A stretch of DNA of 64,000 nt, taken from the IMG/VR virus record IMGVR_UViG_3300025073_000027, positions 32,001 to 96,000 of that record; one strand, given 5' to 3'. Source of the stretch: a virus. Each line of letters starts with the position of its first letter. Position 1 is the first letter of the stretch. The notes beneath the pieces were generated by a model. That model ran no database searches. It worked only from the letters and a program-made list of their open reading frames with translations, and had not been told where the DNA came from. Made by a program: the position numbers and the translations under genes. Of this stretch, positions 1 to 9,878 are shown piece by piece.

Positions 1-2
1 AT

Positions 3-437
3 ATGTTAGGTGATTATTTTTATCAAATTGCAGATGAAGTTACTTATTATTTGGATGAATTGGCTGGTGAAAATAATTGGGAAATATTAAAAATTGTAGG
101 TATGCCTCAAATTGCTATCATAAATTTAGAAGATTATGTGATTGGTAGTTTAGAAGAAGAAAACAATCATTTCAAATGGTTTCCTGAAAACATAGAATGC
201 CCAAGTTGCGCTTTGGAACATACGGTTTTAGATAATATATTAGAATTTGATTGTTTATGTGGAGCAAAATATAAACTTGCTGATAATGGGTGGGAAAAGA
301 TTATTTGTGGAAATCCTGAATGTCGGAATGATATATTGAGAGAAGATATTATAAGAGATAAGATTAGTGGGAAATTGGTCTATGGAAAGAAGAATAAGGA
401 TATAAGAGATAAAGATATAAATCAAGTAAGAGAATAA
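3..437 (+). CDS. hypothetical protein with Cys clusters (probably 5'-truncated by the window edge)
   Basis: ORF track; CPSC, CLC and CGNPEC suggest Zn binding. Confidence 0.6.
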   Translation: MLGDYFYQIADEVTYYLDELAGENNWEILKIVGMPQIAIINLEDYVIGSLEEENNHFKWFPENIECPSCALEHTVLDNILEFDCLCGAKYKLADNGWEKIICGNPECRNDILREDIIRDKISGKLVYGKKNKDIRDKDINQVRE

Positions 438-449
438 AGGAATAATTAT

Positions 450-3230
450 TTGAAAAAATTACAACAATATTATATTTTTAAAATATCGACATCACGACTT
501 AAAAAATCTAATTATTGCTTAAATTTATCAATAAATGAAGCTCGTAAAACTGGCGAAATAGTATCTATTGGCGACTCTCAAATGCTTCGCTCTTTACGAA
601 AATTGAAAAATCAATCAGTAGATGAAGATACAATTACCCAATTATTTATAGAAAAGAAAAAAATAAAATCTAAGAAATACTCAAAAGAGAATACGGAAAG
701 ATTAATTGAAATTGAAAATCAAATAGACCAATATCTATTTGTACCAGAAATAATTTCGATTTTTGTTAATGATATTAGACATTATGAATATTTGGGTCAA
801 AATAATTTTAAATTAAATAATGTTACGTACAAGCGTTTATTATGTGGCGCAGGACAAGCTAGAAGAAACACATCCATTTGGATTGCTGAATCATATGAAA
901 AATCTTTAAAAACCATTCTCAATAATGATCGAAAAGATATTGAAATTACTCCTGCTAAATTTAACGCATATTTTAGCCTCGCCTCCTCTGCTACACTACC
1001 AGTTTCTACACCTTATTTTTGTGTTGTTCCAGATCATAATATAAAAAGAATAGAACGAGTAGATTATATTCAAGAAATTGAAAATGGTGATGATATCATT
1101 GAAGAACGGGATGAAGAAATAACATTTAATTTATGGGATGGTCAAGGACTAATTTCACCTCGTTTTGCTAAACAATGGGCCGATGAACTAGAATTAGATT
1201 ATATTCCTTCAGCATTTATTATTCGTTCTAATTTTATTAAGGGGATGCTTTGCACAATTGATTTTCATGATTATAGTGAAAATATTGCTGAAAATCATTA
1301 TGTGATAGATATATGGGGCAACAAATATAATATACGTGATGCAGACGTTATCTTAACGGAAAGCCAATTTAAAATTTGGAATGCGTATGAATCTATTGAT
1401 GATTTTGTTGGTAAGTGTAAAAAGAATGATTTAGGTTGGGGTATTAGTCGTGTTACTCCTAAGTATGAAAACACTCATACGTTTTTAAATTATCAGTTTG
1501 TTCAAGTTTTAGATTTAGATAATCAAGATATTATTGACTTGTGCCAACCAACAATAGAATATTTTGAAAACATTACTAAAAATAAAATTGAATACACTTT
1601 ATTATATTTGTTGGGTGAGAAAGCAAATCAAAAACATAATCCAAATATTTTTAATCATCTTTTCGATAATATAACAAAAGCACTCATTCTTAATAATAAA
1701 TTATTAGAAGATCCTTATATAAAAAACTATCTTCTACATAGTCTAAATAAAAAGATTAAACAATCTTATATTGGTAATTTGATCGTAGAGGGTCAATACA
1801 CCATAATAATTGCTGATCCTATTGCCTTTTTAGAATATATTTTTAATTTACCAATAAAAGGTTTGCTGAATAAAGATGAACATTATAGTCATTATTGGTT
1901 AAATAAAAAAGAGACAAAAATAGCAGCAATGCGCGCTCCTCTTACCTGGAAAAGTGAAGTCAATATTTTGAATTTAAAAAGAAATCTTGAAATTGATAAA
2001 TGGTACAAATATCTCAATAATTGTATCGTTTATAATGTATTTGGAAATGATAATTTGCTTCAAGGAGGAAGTGATCAGGATGGCGACATAATTTGTTTAA
2101 CTAATAATAAACAAGTTATTAAAGGTGCTAGTGGTGGTTTACCCATTCATTATGCTACAAAAAAAACTCCGAAACAAAAAATCGTAGAAGAAGAATTATA
2201 TAAATCAGATATAAATGGTTTCAATAATAATGTTGGTTTTGTTACTAATACAGCGACTAGTGCTTTTGCTATCTTGCCAAGGTTGAAAGAAAATAGTCCT
2301 GAATACATTGAAACAATTAATCGCTTAAAGAGATTTAGAAAAGAGCAGGGAGCAACCATTGATGCTACAAAGGGATTAGATATAAAACCTTTTCCTGTTC
2401 ATTGGACTAAATGGAAACGAATTCCTAAAAATGTAAGCGATGAAGAAAGAAAACAGAGAAAATTTGAAAACAGTATAGTCATTAATAAGCGTCCTTATTT
2501 TATGCGGTGGGTTTATTCTGCATATAATCGAAAATATTTAGAATTTAGAAAAAAATATTCTAAAGATTCACATATGCGATTTGACAAAGAATTAGATTTA
2601 CTATTGAATCAGAAATCAAATTGTGATAAATTAAGTGAAGAAGAAATTAGTTTTCTAAATGATTATGCTCAATATAATCCATTAATAGAAACAGATTGTT
2701 TAATGAATAAAATTTCCTGGCATATAGAAAGTAAAATAAAACAATTAAAAATAAGTTTATATAATAAACCCACAGAAGAAATTATTTTAATTTTAAAGAA
2801 TAAAAACATTATCACAGATAAAAAGAAGTATAAAAAACTTTATGATCTTTATAAAATTTATAAAAGTGGGAAAAGGAATTTTTCTAATATTGATAGTGGC
2901 AGCGAATCATTTAAATTTCGAACTATTGAACAATATAATAAATATATTCGTTTAAAAGCCAGTGAGATTTCTTCTAATGGATCTGAATTGGCTAATATGG
3001 CGGTAGATATTTGTTACGTTATTCATCCTACCGATAATAAAAATTTTGTGTGGCAAATATTTGGAGATGAAATTATTGAAAATATTATATTAAATAAGCA
3101 AGAATTTTGTTCTGTTCCATTTCGAGATAAAGGAGGAACTATTGATTATTTAGGAGATAAATATTCTATGTTTAATATAGAAATAAACAATGATGAAAAC
3201 TATGAGTATTTAATATATGAAGATTTTTAA
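450..3230 (+). CDS. yonO: YonO-like single-subunit DNA-dependent RNA polymerase (cellular RdRP-like two-barrel fold)
   Basis: 926 aa; WDGQGLIS, R-x-x-F-I-K-G, MRAP and catalytic GGSDQDGD (DxDGD) motifs; upstream of an HU-like gene and the packaging/head cluster as in SPbeta. Confidence 0.85.
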   Translation: MKKLQQYYIFKISTSRLKKSNYCLNLSINEARKTGEIVSIGDSQMLRSLRKLKNQSVDEDTITQLFIEKKKIKSKKYSKENTERLIEIENQIDQYLFVPEIISIFVNDIRHYEYLGQNNFKLNNVTYKRLLCGAGQARRNTSIWIAESYEKSLKTILNNDRKDIEITPAKFNAYFSLASSATLPVSTPYFCVVPDHNIKRIERVDYIQEIENGDDIIEERDEEITFNLWDGQGLISPRFAKQWADELELDYIPSAFIIRSNFIKGMLCTIDFHDYSENIAENHYVIDIWGNKYNIRDADVILTESQFKIWNAYESIDDFVGKCKKNDLGWGISRVTPKYENTHTFLNYQFVQVLDLDNQDIIDLCQPTIEYFENITKNKIEYTLLYLLGEKANQKHNPNIFNHLFDNITKALILNNKLLEDPYIKNYLLHSLNKKIKQSYIGNLIVEGQYTIIIADPIAFLEYIFNLPIKGLLNKDEHYSHYWLNKKETKIAAMRAPLTWKSEVNILNLKRNLEIDKWYKYLNNCIVYNVFGNDNLLQGGSDQDGDIICLTNNKQVIKGASGGLPIHYATKKTPKQKIVEEELYKSDINGFNNNVGFVTNTATSAFAILPRLKENSPEYIETINRLKRFRKEQGATIDATKGLDIKPFPVHWTKWKRIPKNVSDEERKQRKFENSIVINKRPYFMRWVYSAYNRKYLEFRKKYSKDSHMRFDKELDLLLNQKSNCDKLSEEEISFLNDYAQYNPLIETDCLMNKISWHIESKIKQLKISLYNKPTEEIILILKNKNIITDKKKYKKLYDLYKIYKSGKRNFSNIDSGSESFKFRTIEQYNKYIRLKASEISSNGSELANMAVDICYVIHPTDNKNFVWQIFGDEIIENIILNKQEFCSVPFRDKGGTIDYLGDKYSMFNIEINNDENYEYLIYEDF

Positions 3231-3972
3231 TGAATTAGAATATGCAAATAAATTAATAAAAAGTGGTTTTACAAAAACAATTTCGATGGGGGAATTGATA
3301 ATTTTAGCCAAATATTTTCGTTATATAGGAATAGATTCAAACAATTTAGAAAATGAATTAATAAGTTTTTGTAAAAAACATGTTCCTGAATTTATTTATA
3401 TTTTACACTATAATAAAATAGATATAGCAATAAGAAATTCTGAGAAATATTTACTTCGCATACCTGTAAATATACCTATTACTGAAAATGAATTAAAAAC
3501 AATAAAAGAATTAAAGAATTATCGATATGAGAAAATTTTATTTACAATGTTGGTGCTTGGAAAGTATTTTAAACTAACGAACACTACTTCTAAAAGCAAA
3601 TCAACTCGTTATTATATTTCTGCTTATGATAATGTTATTTTTCGATTAGCCCATACTTCTCAAAAAAAAGGTGAAAATATAATGCATTATTTATATAAAC
3701 AAGGGCTAATTGATAATATAAAAAGAACTAATTCTTATTATTTGCTTTTTACTTCAAATGAAGATGAATCGGAAATTGTTTTATATATAACAGATATAAA
3801 TAATATCATTAAATTTTATCCACCTCATTGTGATGTTTGTGGAAAAGATTTAGTTAAAAAGGGTAACAGACAATATAAATGTGATGATTGCAAAAATGAA
3901 TTAGAAAAAATAAGATGGATTCAAAGTAAAAGAAAACAAAGACATAAAATGTCCCGCATTAGAACTATGTAG
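3217..3972 (+). CDS. hypothetical protein with C-terminal Zn ribbon, overlapping the RNAP gene end (possible transcription factor)
   Basis: 14-bp overlap with the RNAP gene; CDVC...CDDC and a basic tail. Confidence 0.7.
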   Translation: MKIFNELEYANKLIKSGFTKTISMGELIILAKYFRYIGIDSNNLENELISFCKKHVPEFIYILHYNKIDIAIRNSEKYLLRIPVNIPITENELKTIKELKNYRYEKILFTMLVLGKYFKLTNTTSKSKSTRYYISAYDNVIFRLAHTSQKKGENIMHYLYKQGLIDNIKRTNSYYLLFTSNEDESEIVLYITDINNIIKFYPPHCDVCGKDLVKKGNRQYKCDDCKNELEKIRWIQSKRKQRHKMSRIRTM

Positions 3973-4043
3973 TAAATTAATGAGTATATAAGAGTTTATA
4001 CAAAATAACATGAAATTTAGAAATTCAATAAAGGAAAAATAAT

Positions 4044-4409
4044 ATGTCACCTACTAAAAGAAATTCTATAAACAAAGAAGAATTTATACGACTTATTGCT
4101 CGTGAAGCAGGATTTACTCTTGCTGATACTCGTATATTTTGGGATACTGTTGAGCAAATATTTGCAAGAGCAATTGTTTCTCATAAAACAGTAACTATTA
4201 CAGGTTTTGGTAAATTATATATTGTAGATATTCCTGGCACTAAAGAAAGCGGCAATAAGTTTTGGGATAACATTCATAAAAAATATTATGAACGGAAAGC
4301 ATCAAAGCGTGTTGTATTTCAAGTATCAAGCACATTACGAAATTTATTGAAAGATAGTTTAGAAGTAGAATTAGATGAAGAATTGATTAGTGAAAATGAG
4401 GTTGATTAA
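4044..4409 (+). CDS. HU/IHF-family DNA-binding protein
   Basis: NKEEFIRLIA start, VTITGFGKL, KRVVFQVSSTLR; same position as SPbeta yonN. Confidence 0.8.
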   Translation: MSPTKRNSINKEEFIRLIAREAGFTLADTRIFWDTVEQIFARAIVSHKTVTITGFGKLYIVDIPGTKESGNKFWDNIHKKYYERKASKRVVFQVSSTLRNLLKDSLEVELDEELISENEVD

Positions 4410-4432
4410 TAATTTAAAAAGGAATTAACAAT

Positions 4433-4684
4433 ATGATAAATATGTGTCCTTACTGTAATTTAGACACTGCTGGAAATCATGAATGGAATTGTCCATTAAA
4501 TTCAAATTATAATAAGCAAAATGAATATTCGAAAAATAATATAATGGGTTGGGAATGTCCTAAGTGTGGTTCAGTTTATGCTTGGTATGTTTCAAAATGT
4601 CCTAATCATGGGCCTAAAATTATAACTTCAAATTCCAGCAATTCAGAATATGAAATAAAGTATAACTGTGAAGGGGCCAGTTAA
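4433..4684 (+). CDS. small Zn-finger protein
   Basis: CPYC..HEWNC and GWECPKCG..CP motifs; AAGGA SD. Confidence 0.65.
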   Translation: MINMCPYCNLDTAGNHEWNCPLNSNYNKQNEYSKNNIMGWECPKCGSVYAWYVSKCPNHGPKIITSNSSNSEYEIKYNCEGAS

Positions 4685-4729
4685 TTAAATAATTAAATGA
4701 TGAATTATTTTTAATAATTTTAAAGGGAG

Positions 4730-4918
4730 GTGATGAAATTGAAATATAGAATTTATTGTATGAATGAAGCTATATTTAACAATTTCAATGACAATAAAAA
4801 TATAAATATATCGCCTTCTTTATATGATATTAAAATTATTGTTCAGTATGTTAAATATAATAGTTGGTTTAATTGCTTTCAAAATAAAAATTTTGACCGT
4901 AGTTTAAGGAGTAGTTAA
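4730..4918 (+). CDS. possible small hypothetical protein
   Basis: Good SD (AGGGAGG) but very AT-rich, low-information sequence. Confidence 0.3.
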   Translation: MMKLKYRIYCMNEAIFNNFNDNKNINISPSLYDIKIIVQYVKYNSWFNCFQNKNFDRSLRSS

Positions 4919-4920
4919 TT

Positions 4921-5304
4921 ATGATTACCGCCAATAAAAAATTTTCTTTTAACAATGGCGTAATGCGTTGGATAATTTACTACGGTGACGGCAGCACGTT
5001 CAGCGACGCGGATGGCGCGCCAGAGGACGCACCCGCCAGTAATGTGCAGGTGATTGCTATTGAAGATGAGGACTGCGGCAAGGTCTTACTGAACACTAAG
5101 GACTATTATTGGTGGACGGGAACGATCTGGCTGGCAGGTGACATCTTCGGGCTGTTTGACTATCTGTTACAGCCTGGATGGAAGCGGGTACTGTTCGGAA
5201 GGAGCATTGACAACCGTGAGTATCAGAAATTGTTAGTGCGTGCGAGCGAGGATGACTATTTGCCACGCAAATCCGCACGCAGGAGTTGGGAGCGTCAAGC
5301 ATGA
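4921..5304 (+). CDS. hypothetical phage protein (conserved part probably starts at ATG 4963)
   Basis: GC-rich from about 4960; stop overlaps the next start (ATGA). Confidence 0.65.
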   Translation: MITANKKFSFNNGVMRWIIYYGDGSTFSDADGAPEDAPASNVQVIAIEDEDCGKVLLNTKDYYWWTGTIWLAGDIFGLFDYLLQPGWKRVLFGRSIDNREYQKLLVRASEDDYLPRKSARRSWERQA

Positions 5305-7616
5305 CCGCTGTATTACCAGTCTGGACGCAGCAGAATTTTAGAGGCCGTAATGATAATGGCTCAGAAAGCGCGGCTACCTGGATTGCCAACGTCAATACCA
5401 ATTTTAGTCAGGCAGTTGATATAGCCTTCCGTGTTCGCTTGAGCATCACCGAAACCGCCGGAGCGACCAAGATCAACACGCCTGTTTTCGTGCTGCAATA
5501 CAACTTGGGCGGTGCGGGTTGGAACACAGTCACGACTACCAGCAGTGTGGTCAGAGCATCAGCCAGCGGGTATGTCACCCACGACACCGTTACCACGCAG
5601 CAGGTAGGGACAGGCACGTTTGAGGCCGGGCGTGTTGTAACCAACAGCGATACGCATACCGCATTGGGAGCAATGGCAAGCGAAGTCACCGACATGGAAT
5701 GGTGCGTCACAATCCAGTCAGGGGACGTAGCGAATGATAACACCATCCAACTAAGGGCGGTCTTATCTGGCGACACTATATTGAATGGTGGGTACACCAA
5801 CACACCCACAGTCACGGTGATTGAGGCAGTACCTAATGAATTAGAAGCTGTAGGAATAACTATTGGAAACCCAATAATAGGTAGCACTACAATAGGTCAA
5901 ATACATAATTTTTCTGCTGCTGGAATAGCTACTTCTTCTCCAATAGTAGATAATACTACACTAAAACAAACACACGCATTAATATCTGTGAATATAAATA
6001 CGGATAGTCCCATTTTGGGAACACCAACTTTAGGAGAAGCGAGTACTGAAAATATATTAGATGCAGATAGTGTTTCTACTGGTAGCCCTATATTAGATAT
6101 TCCTATAATAGCGCAATCTCATACATTGGGATCGTCTGGAATAACTGTTGGTCCTCCTGTATTAAGTGAAACATCACTTGCGGGAACGCATAATTTAACT
6201 TTAAATAATTTAATTATTGGTAATCCATCTCTTGAAAACCCTGATGTTAGTCAAAAACAATATTTTATTAGTGATAATTTAGAAAGTGGAAGTCCATCTT
6301 TAGGTAATTCTGATTTAATACAAGATCAAATTTTTACAGCAAGCAATCTTGCAACAGAAGCACCAATTTTAAATCACCCAAGTTTATCGGGTGATACAAT
6401 TTTAGAAGCAGATGGAATTGCAACGGGAAATGTAGAACTAGAAAATCCTGTATTTGTGCAAGAACATAGTTTATCTGCTATAAATTTAATTACAAATGAA
6501 ATATCTTTTGAGACACCTCAAATTGGGCAAAATCATGTAATTATAGCAAATAACTTAGCAACAGATAATCCAATTTTTGAAACATCTTCGATTGTGCAAA
6601 ATCATATCTTAGTTGCTAATTCTCTTGAACTTAGTAATCCGGCTTTAGATTATCCTTCAATAAGTGGCGAAGCATATTTAATTGCAAATGATTTAGAAAC
6701 CAGTGTATTAATTCTTGATAATCCTTTAATTGGTCAAATTTATGATTTAGTTGCAAATTCATTAGAAACGGGTAGTTCTGTCTTAGGACACCCATCTATG
6801 ATTGGTGAAAATATATTCGTTGCTGTAAATTTAATAACGGATAATCCAGAATTAGAAAACTCAACTTTAACTCAAAATCATAATATTATTGCTAGTAATG
6901 TTGTAACAAATAATGTTGATCTTGAAAATTCTTTAATTGGGCAAATTCATAATTTAACTGTATCTGAATTAGCAACAGGTAATCCCTTTTTGGGTACGCC
7001 TTCAATGCTTGGTGAATCTATACTTAGTGCTTTTTCATTAATTGCAGGTAGTCCCATTTTAGGAAATCCTGATTTTGGTCAAATTCATGAATTAATTTCT
7101 ATAAATCTAGTTAATGAATCTATTGAATTAGATGAACCTATTTTTAAACAAGAACAAATATTAATTGCTTTTGATTTAGATATAAATAGTCCGATATTAG
7201 AAACATCAACAATAAGTCAAAATAATATTTTAATTTCAAATAATATGATTGTTGATTATCCTGTTTTAGATAATCCGATTATATTGGTAGAGACAGGTTC
7301 AAATTTATTAGCAAATAATTTAGTGGTTGATAATCCCGTTTTGGGAATTCCTGCAATAATTCAGGATCATATATTTATTGCTGATAATCTTATTAATGAA
7401 AATTTGCAATTAGGAAATCCTGTTTTTAGCCTTGTTTTACAGGGAGAAATATCTGAAACATCTGATGATCAAACTTATATAGTTTTAGGTGATGTTAGAA
7501 TTGAAATTATTGGAATAAATAATAGAGAATATATAATTTTAGACGATATTATTTTAACTGATAATAGAGAATGTTACATTTTGGGTGAAAATAGGGTTTA
7601 TAAAATATTTAAATAA
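5301..7616 (+). CDS. virion fibre/appendage protein: N-terminal globular domain plus about 27 repeats of 19-20 aa
   Basis: ATG at 5301 overlaps the upstream stop; repeat consensus roughly L-x-A-x-x-L-x-T-G-x-P-x-L-x-x-P-x-I-x-Q-x-H. Confidence 0.7.
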   Translation: MTAVLPVWTQQNFRGRNDNGSESAATWIANVNTNFSQAVDIAFRVRLSITETAGATKINTPVFVLQYNLGGAGWNTVTTTSSVVRASASGYVTHDTVTTQQVGTGTFEAGRVVTNSDTHTALGAMASEVTDMEWCVTIQSGDVANDNTIQLRAVLSGDTILNGGYTNTPTVTVIEAVPNELEAVGITIGNPIIGSTTIGQIHNFSAAGIATSSPIVDNTTLKQTHALISVNINTDSPILGTPTLGEASTENILDADSVSTGSPILDIPIIAQSHTLGSSGITVGPPVLSETSLAGTHNLTLNNLIIGNPSLENPDVSQKQYFISDNLESGSPSLGNSDLIQDQIFTASNLATEAPILNHPSLSGDTILEADGIATGNVELENPVFVQEHSLSAINLITNEISFETPQIGQNHVIIANNLATDNPIFETSSIVQNHILVANSLELSNPALDYPSISGEAYLIANDLETSVLILDNPLIGQIYDLVANSLETGSSVLGHPSMIGENIFVAVNLITDNPELENSTLTQNHNIIASNVVTNNVDLENSLIGQIHNLTVSELATGNPFLGTPSMLGESILSAFSLIAGSPILGNPDFGQIHELISINLVNESIELDEPIFKQEQILIAFDLDINSPILETSTISQNNILISNNMIVDYPVLDNPIILVETGSNLLANNLVVDNPVLGIPAIIQDHIFIADNLINENLQLGNPVFSLVLQGEISETSDDQTYIVLGDVRIEIIGINNREYIILDDIILTDNRECYILGENRVYKIFK

Positions 7617-7650
7617 ATAATTATTACATTATAGAATAATAGGAGGCAAA

Positions 7651-8013
7651 ATGTCTTTTCTTTCGGAAAATATTTATAAATATGGTTTAAATTATCTTGA
7701 CGATTATGGTATTCGTTTGGATATTTGTTCTGCTGAACCTGCTACATATGAAGAAGCAACAACTACTTATACGGCTGGAAGTAAAGTTATTGTTTCAGGT
7801 TCGGCTACTCCTGGTGATCCCGATGGTTGGATGGTTATTATTCCTGCTATTACTGACGGAATAGTAAGTGCTAGTGAAACAGTGACTCATTGGGCGATTA
7901 GTGGTTCAGCAGAATTATTGGCAGCGAGTACATTATCTGGTTCTCAAGTTGTAACTTTGGATAATACATTTACTTTAACTTCTTTCAATATTAGAATTCC
8001 TGATCCAGCATAA
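7651..8013 (+). CDS. putative fibre subunit / structural protein
   Basis: AGGAGG SD; beta-rich; ICSAEP, THWAI and FTLTSFNIRIPDP. Confidence 0.6.
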   Translation: MSFLSENIYKYGLNYLDDYGIRLDICSAEPATYEEATTTYTAGSKVIVSGSATPGDPDGWMVIIPAITDGIVSASETVTHWAISGSAELLAASTLSGSQVVTLDNTFTLTSFNIRIPDPA

Positions 8014-8028
8014 TAGAGATTAATTATT

Positions 8029-8367
8029 ATGGCTAATACGTTCTTAAAAGATCCGCAGGCCATTCTAGATTATAAATTTAATTGGGCAGCACTTAGAAAT
8101 GGATCAACTGATCCTGGTGTTACAGATTGGTTATCTGCCAATGAAATTATTAATAGCTATGTTATAACGGCAACAGCATTGAATTCTGGTTGTGTAATTT
8201 CTGTGGTTGATTCATATTTATCGGATAGCGATAGTAGTGTAACTGTTTGGTTGGGTGGGGGAGATGCATATAAAGATTATTTAGTTTCTTGTAGAATTAC
8301 AACTAGTTCTAGTCCTGTTGCTAGGGTTGATGAAAGATCAATAAAAATAGAGGTTAAGAATCTTTAA
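8029..8367 (+). CDS. putative fibre adaptor structural protein
   Basis: FLKDPQAILDYKFNW...VTVWLGGG...Y.VSCRITT...DERSI.I pattern common in phage adaptor proteins. Confidence 0.55.
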   Translation: MANTFLKDPQAILDYKFNWAALRNGSTDPGVTDWLSANEIINSYVITATALNSGCVISVVDSYLSDSDSSVTVWLGGGDAYKDYLVSCRITTSSSPVARVDERSIKIEVKNL

Positions 8368-8382
8368 AGGAGATAATAATTT

Positions 8383-8592
8383 ATGACAGTAGTAAAAATT
8401 CCTTTTGATAGTGTTACTTATATGATAAATACTTCTGATATTTCAGGAAGTAAAGTAGCAGGTGTTTCAGTAATTGGAGCTAAAGTTTTTGATGTTAATT
8501 CAAAGCGTTGGTATATTAGCGGAAGTGATTTATTTTTAAATGAATTAACTTGGATGACAGGATCTTATACACCTGGAATGCTATTATATTAA
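8383..8592 (+). CDS. small hypothetical (likely structural) protein
   Basis: AAGGAG SD; ORF track. Confidence 0.6.
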   Translation: MTVVKIPFDSVTYMINTSDISGSKVAGVSVIGAKVFDVNSKRWYISGSDLFLNELTWMTGSYTPGMLLY

Positions 8593-8595
8593 ACT

Positions 8596-8613
8596 ATAAA
8601 AGTTAGATTTTAT
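8596..8613. repeat. ATAAAA-N6-TTTTAT palindrome (spacer GTTAGA)
   Basis: Exact copy 3 bp after the stop of 8383..8592. Confidence 0.7.
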
Positions 8614-8826
8614 TAGCCTTATCTACCAGGTGTAGAAAAAGATCTGATAACGCAAGTGCGTTTAATGTAATTTAGCTTATGTACCAAGTGTACAAAAAGT
8701 AACAGTACCGTTCAATAGAATGTTACCTGCATTTATATTGCCTCGTTTTGTCTATGGGTATACACGTAGACAACAGACCCACGCATGAGTCTGAGAGTGC
8801 TAGAAAAGGCGTGGCTTTTCTATGCT
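8613..8826 (+). ncRNA. putative structured RNA (multi-hairpin, with a tandem co-varying unit)
   Basis: No ORF; at least 7 hairpins; units 8613-8641 and 8672-8699 have compensatory stems TCTAC/GTAGA versus TGTAC/GTACA. Confidence 0.5.
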
Positions 8827-8899
8827 TATAGATTTATTAATGTATAAAATATTATAAATAATTATAAATTATAAAAATAATGTTTGAAAGGATAATAGT

Positions 8900-9868
8900 T
8901 TGGATCAACGACAATACGAATCACTTTATAAAAGGTGGCTAGAAAGAGATCCTTCAAGTAGATTTTGGACAAATGAAATCGCGGTTGAATATAATATGCC
9001 TTCTAGTGAGGCTACTCGTTCAGCTTTAAGGAGATATCGTAAACTTATAGAAAGTGAAGAAAATATAAATAAAACTTTAATTAATAGCAAAACAAGTGTT
9101 GGAAATGCTCGAATTTTAGTTTTTGATTTAGAACTTGCTCCTCTTGTTTGCTATAGTTTTGGACTTTGGGAAGAAAATATTGGAGTTGATCAAGTTATAT
9201 CTGATAATTTTATTATTTCTTGGTCTGCTAAATTATTAAATAATTCTGAAATAATATCTGATGTTCTTACTTCAAAAGAAGCACTTTCTAAAAATGATTA
9301 TAGAATTACAAAAAGTTTAATGGATTTATTAAATTCTTGTCATATTTTAATTGGTCACAATATACAAAATTATGATATTAAAAAATTAAATGTACGATTG
9401 CTTAAAAATAATCTTCCTCCTTTAACAAAACCTCAAATTATAGATACGTTATTAGTGGCGAGACAAAATTTTTCATTTCCATCTAATTCTCTTAAATATT
9501 TAAGTAAAACGTTGGGTATTAGAACTAAGATAGAGACAGGTGGTTTTGACTTATGGCGTAGGTGTATGGAAGGTGAAGAAGAATCATTAAAATTAATGGA
9601 TGAATATTGTCAAGGTGATATATTGGCAAATGAAGATTTGTATTATCGCATTCGACCATTTGTAAAAGGCCATCCTAATTTGTCATTATATTTTGATACA
9701 AATGAAGAACGCTGTCCAAATTGCGGTAGTGAAGAATTAAAACATGAGGGATTTTATTATACTCCTGCTGGTAAATGGGCTAGTTTACGTTGTGAATGTG
9801 GTGCTGTTAGTCGATCTAAGGTAAATGAACTTAATAAAGATAAGAAAAAAAGTTTAAAAGTTAATTAG
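8900..9868 (+). CDS. DEDD / RNase H-like 3'-5' exonuclease with C-terminal Zn ribbon
   Basis: VFDLE, GHNIQNYD, IDTL, YCQGD; CPNC...CEC. Confidence 0.8.
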   Translation: MDQRQYESLYKRWLERDPSSRFWTNEIAVEYNMPSSEATRSALRRYRKLIESEENINKTLINSKTSVGNARILVFDLELAPLVCYSFGLWEENIGVDQVISDNFIISWSAKLLNNSEIISDVLTSKEALSKNDYRITKSLMDLLNSCHILIGHNIQNYDIKKLNVRLLKNNLPPLTKPQIIDTLLVARQNFSFPSNSLKYLSKTLGIRTKIETGGFDLWRRCMEGEEESLKLMDEYCQGDILANEDLYYRIRPFVKGHPNLSLYFDTNEERCPNCGSEELKHEGFYYTPAGKWASLRCECGAVSRSKVNELNKDKKKSLKVN

Positions 9869-9878
9869 AGGTAAATTT

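Noticed and set aside
7619-7633. 15-bp AATTATTACATTATA shared with 56163-56177, and TAATGTATAAA at about 8838 and 30584, as candidate YonO promoters
   Set aside because: Too AT-rich and too few copies to separate from chance without TSS data
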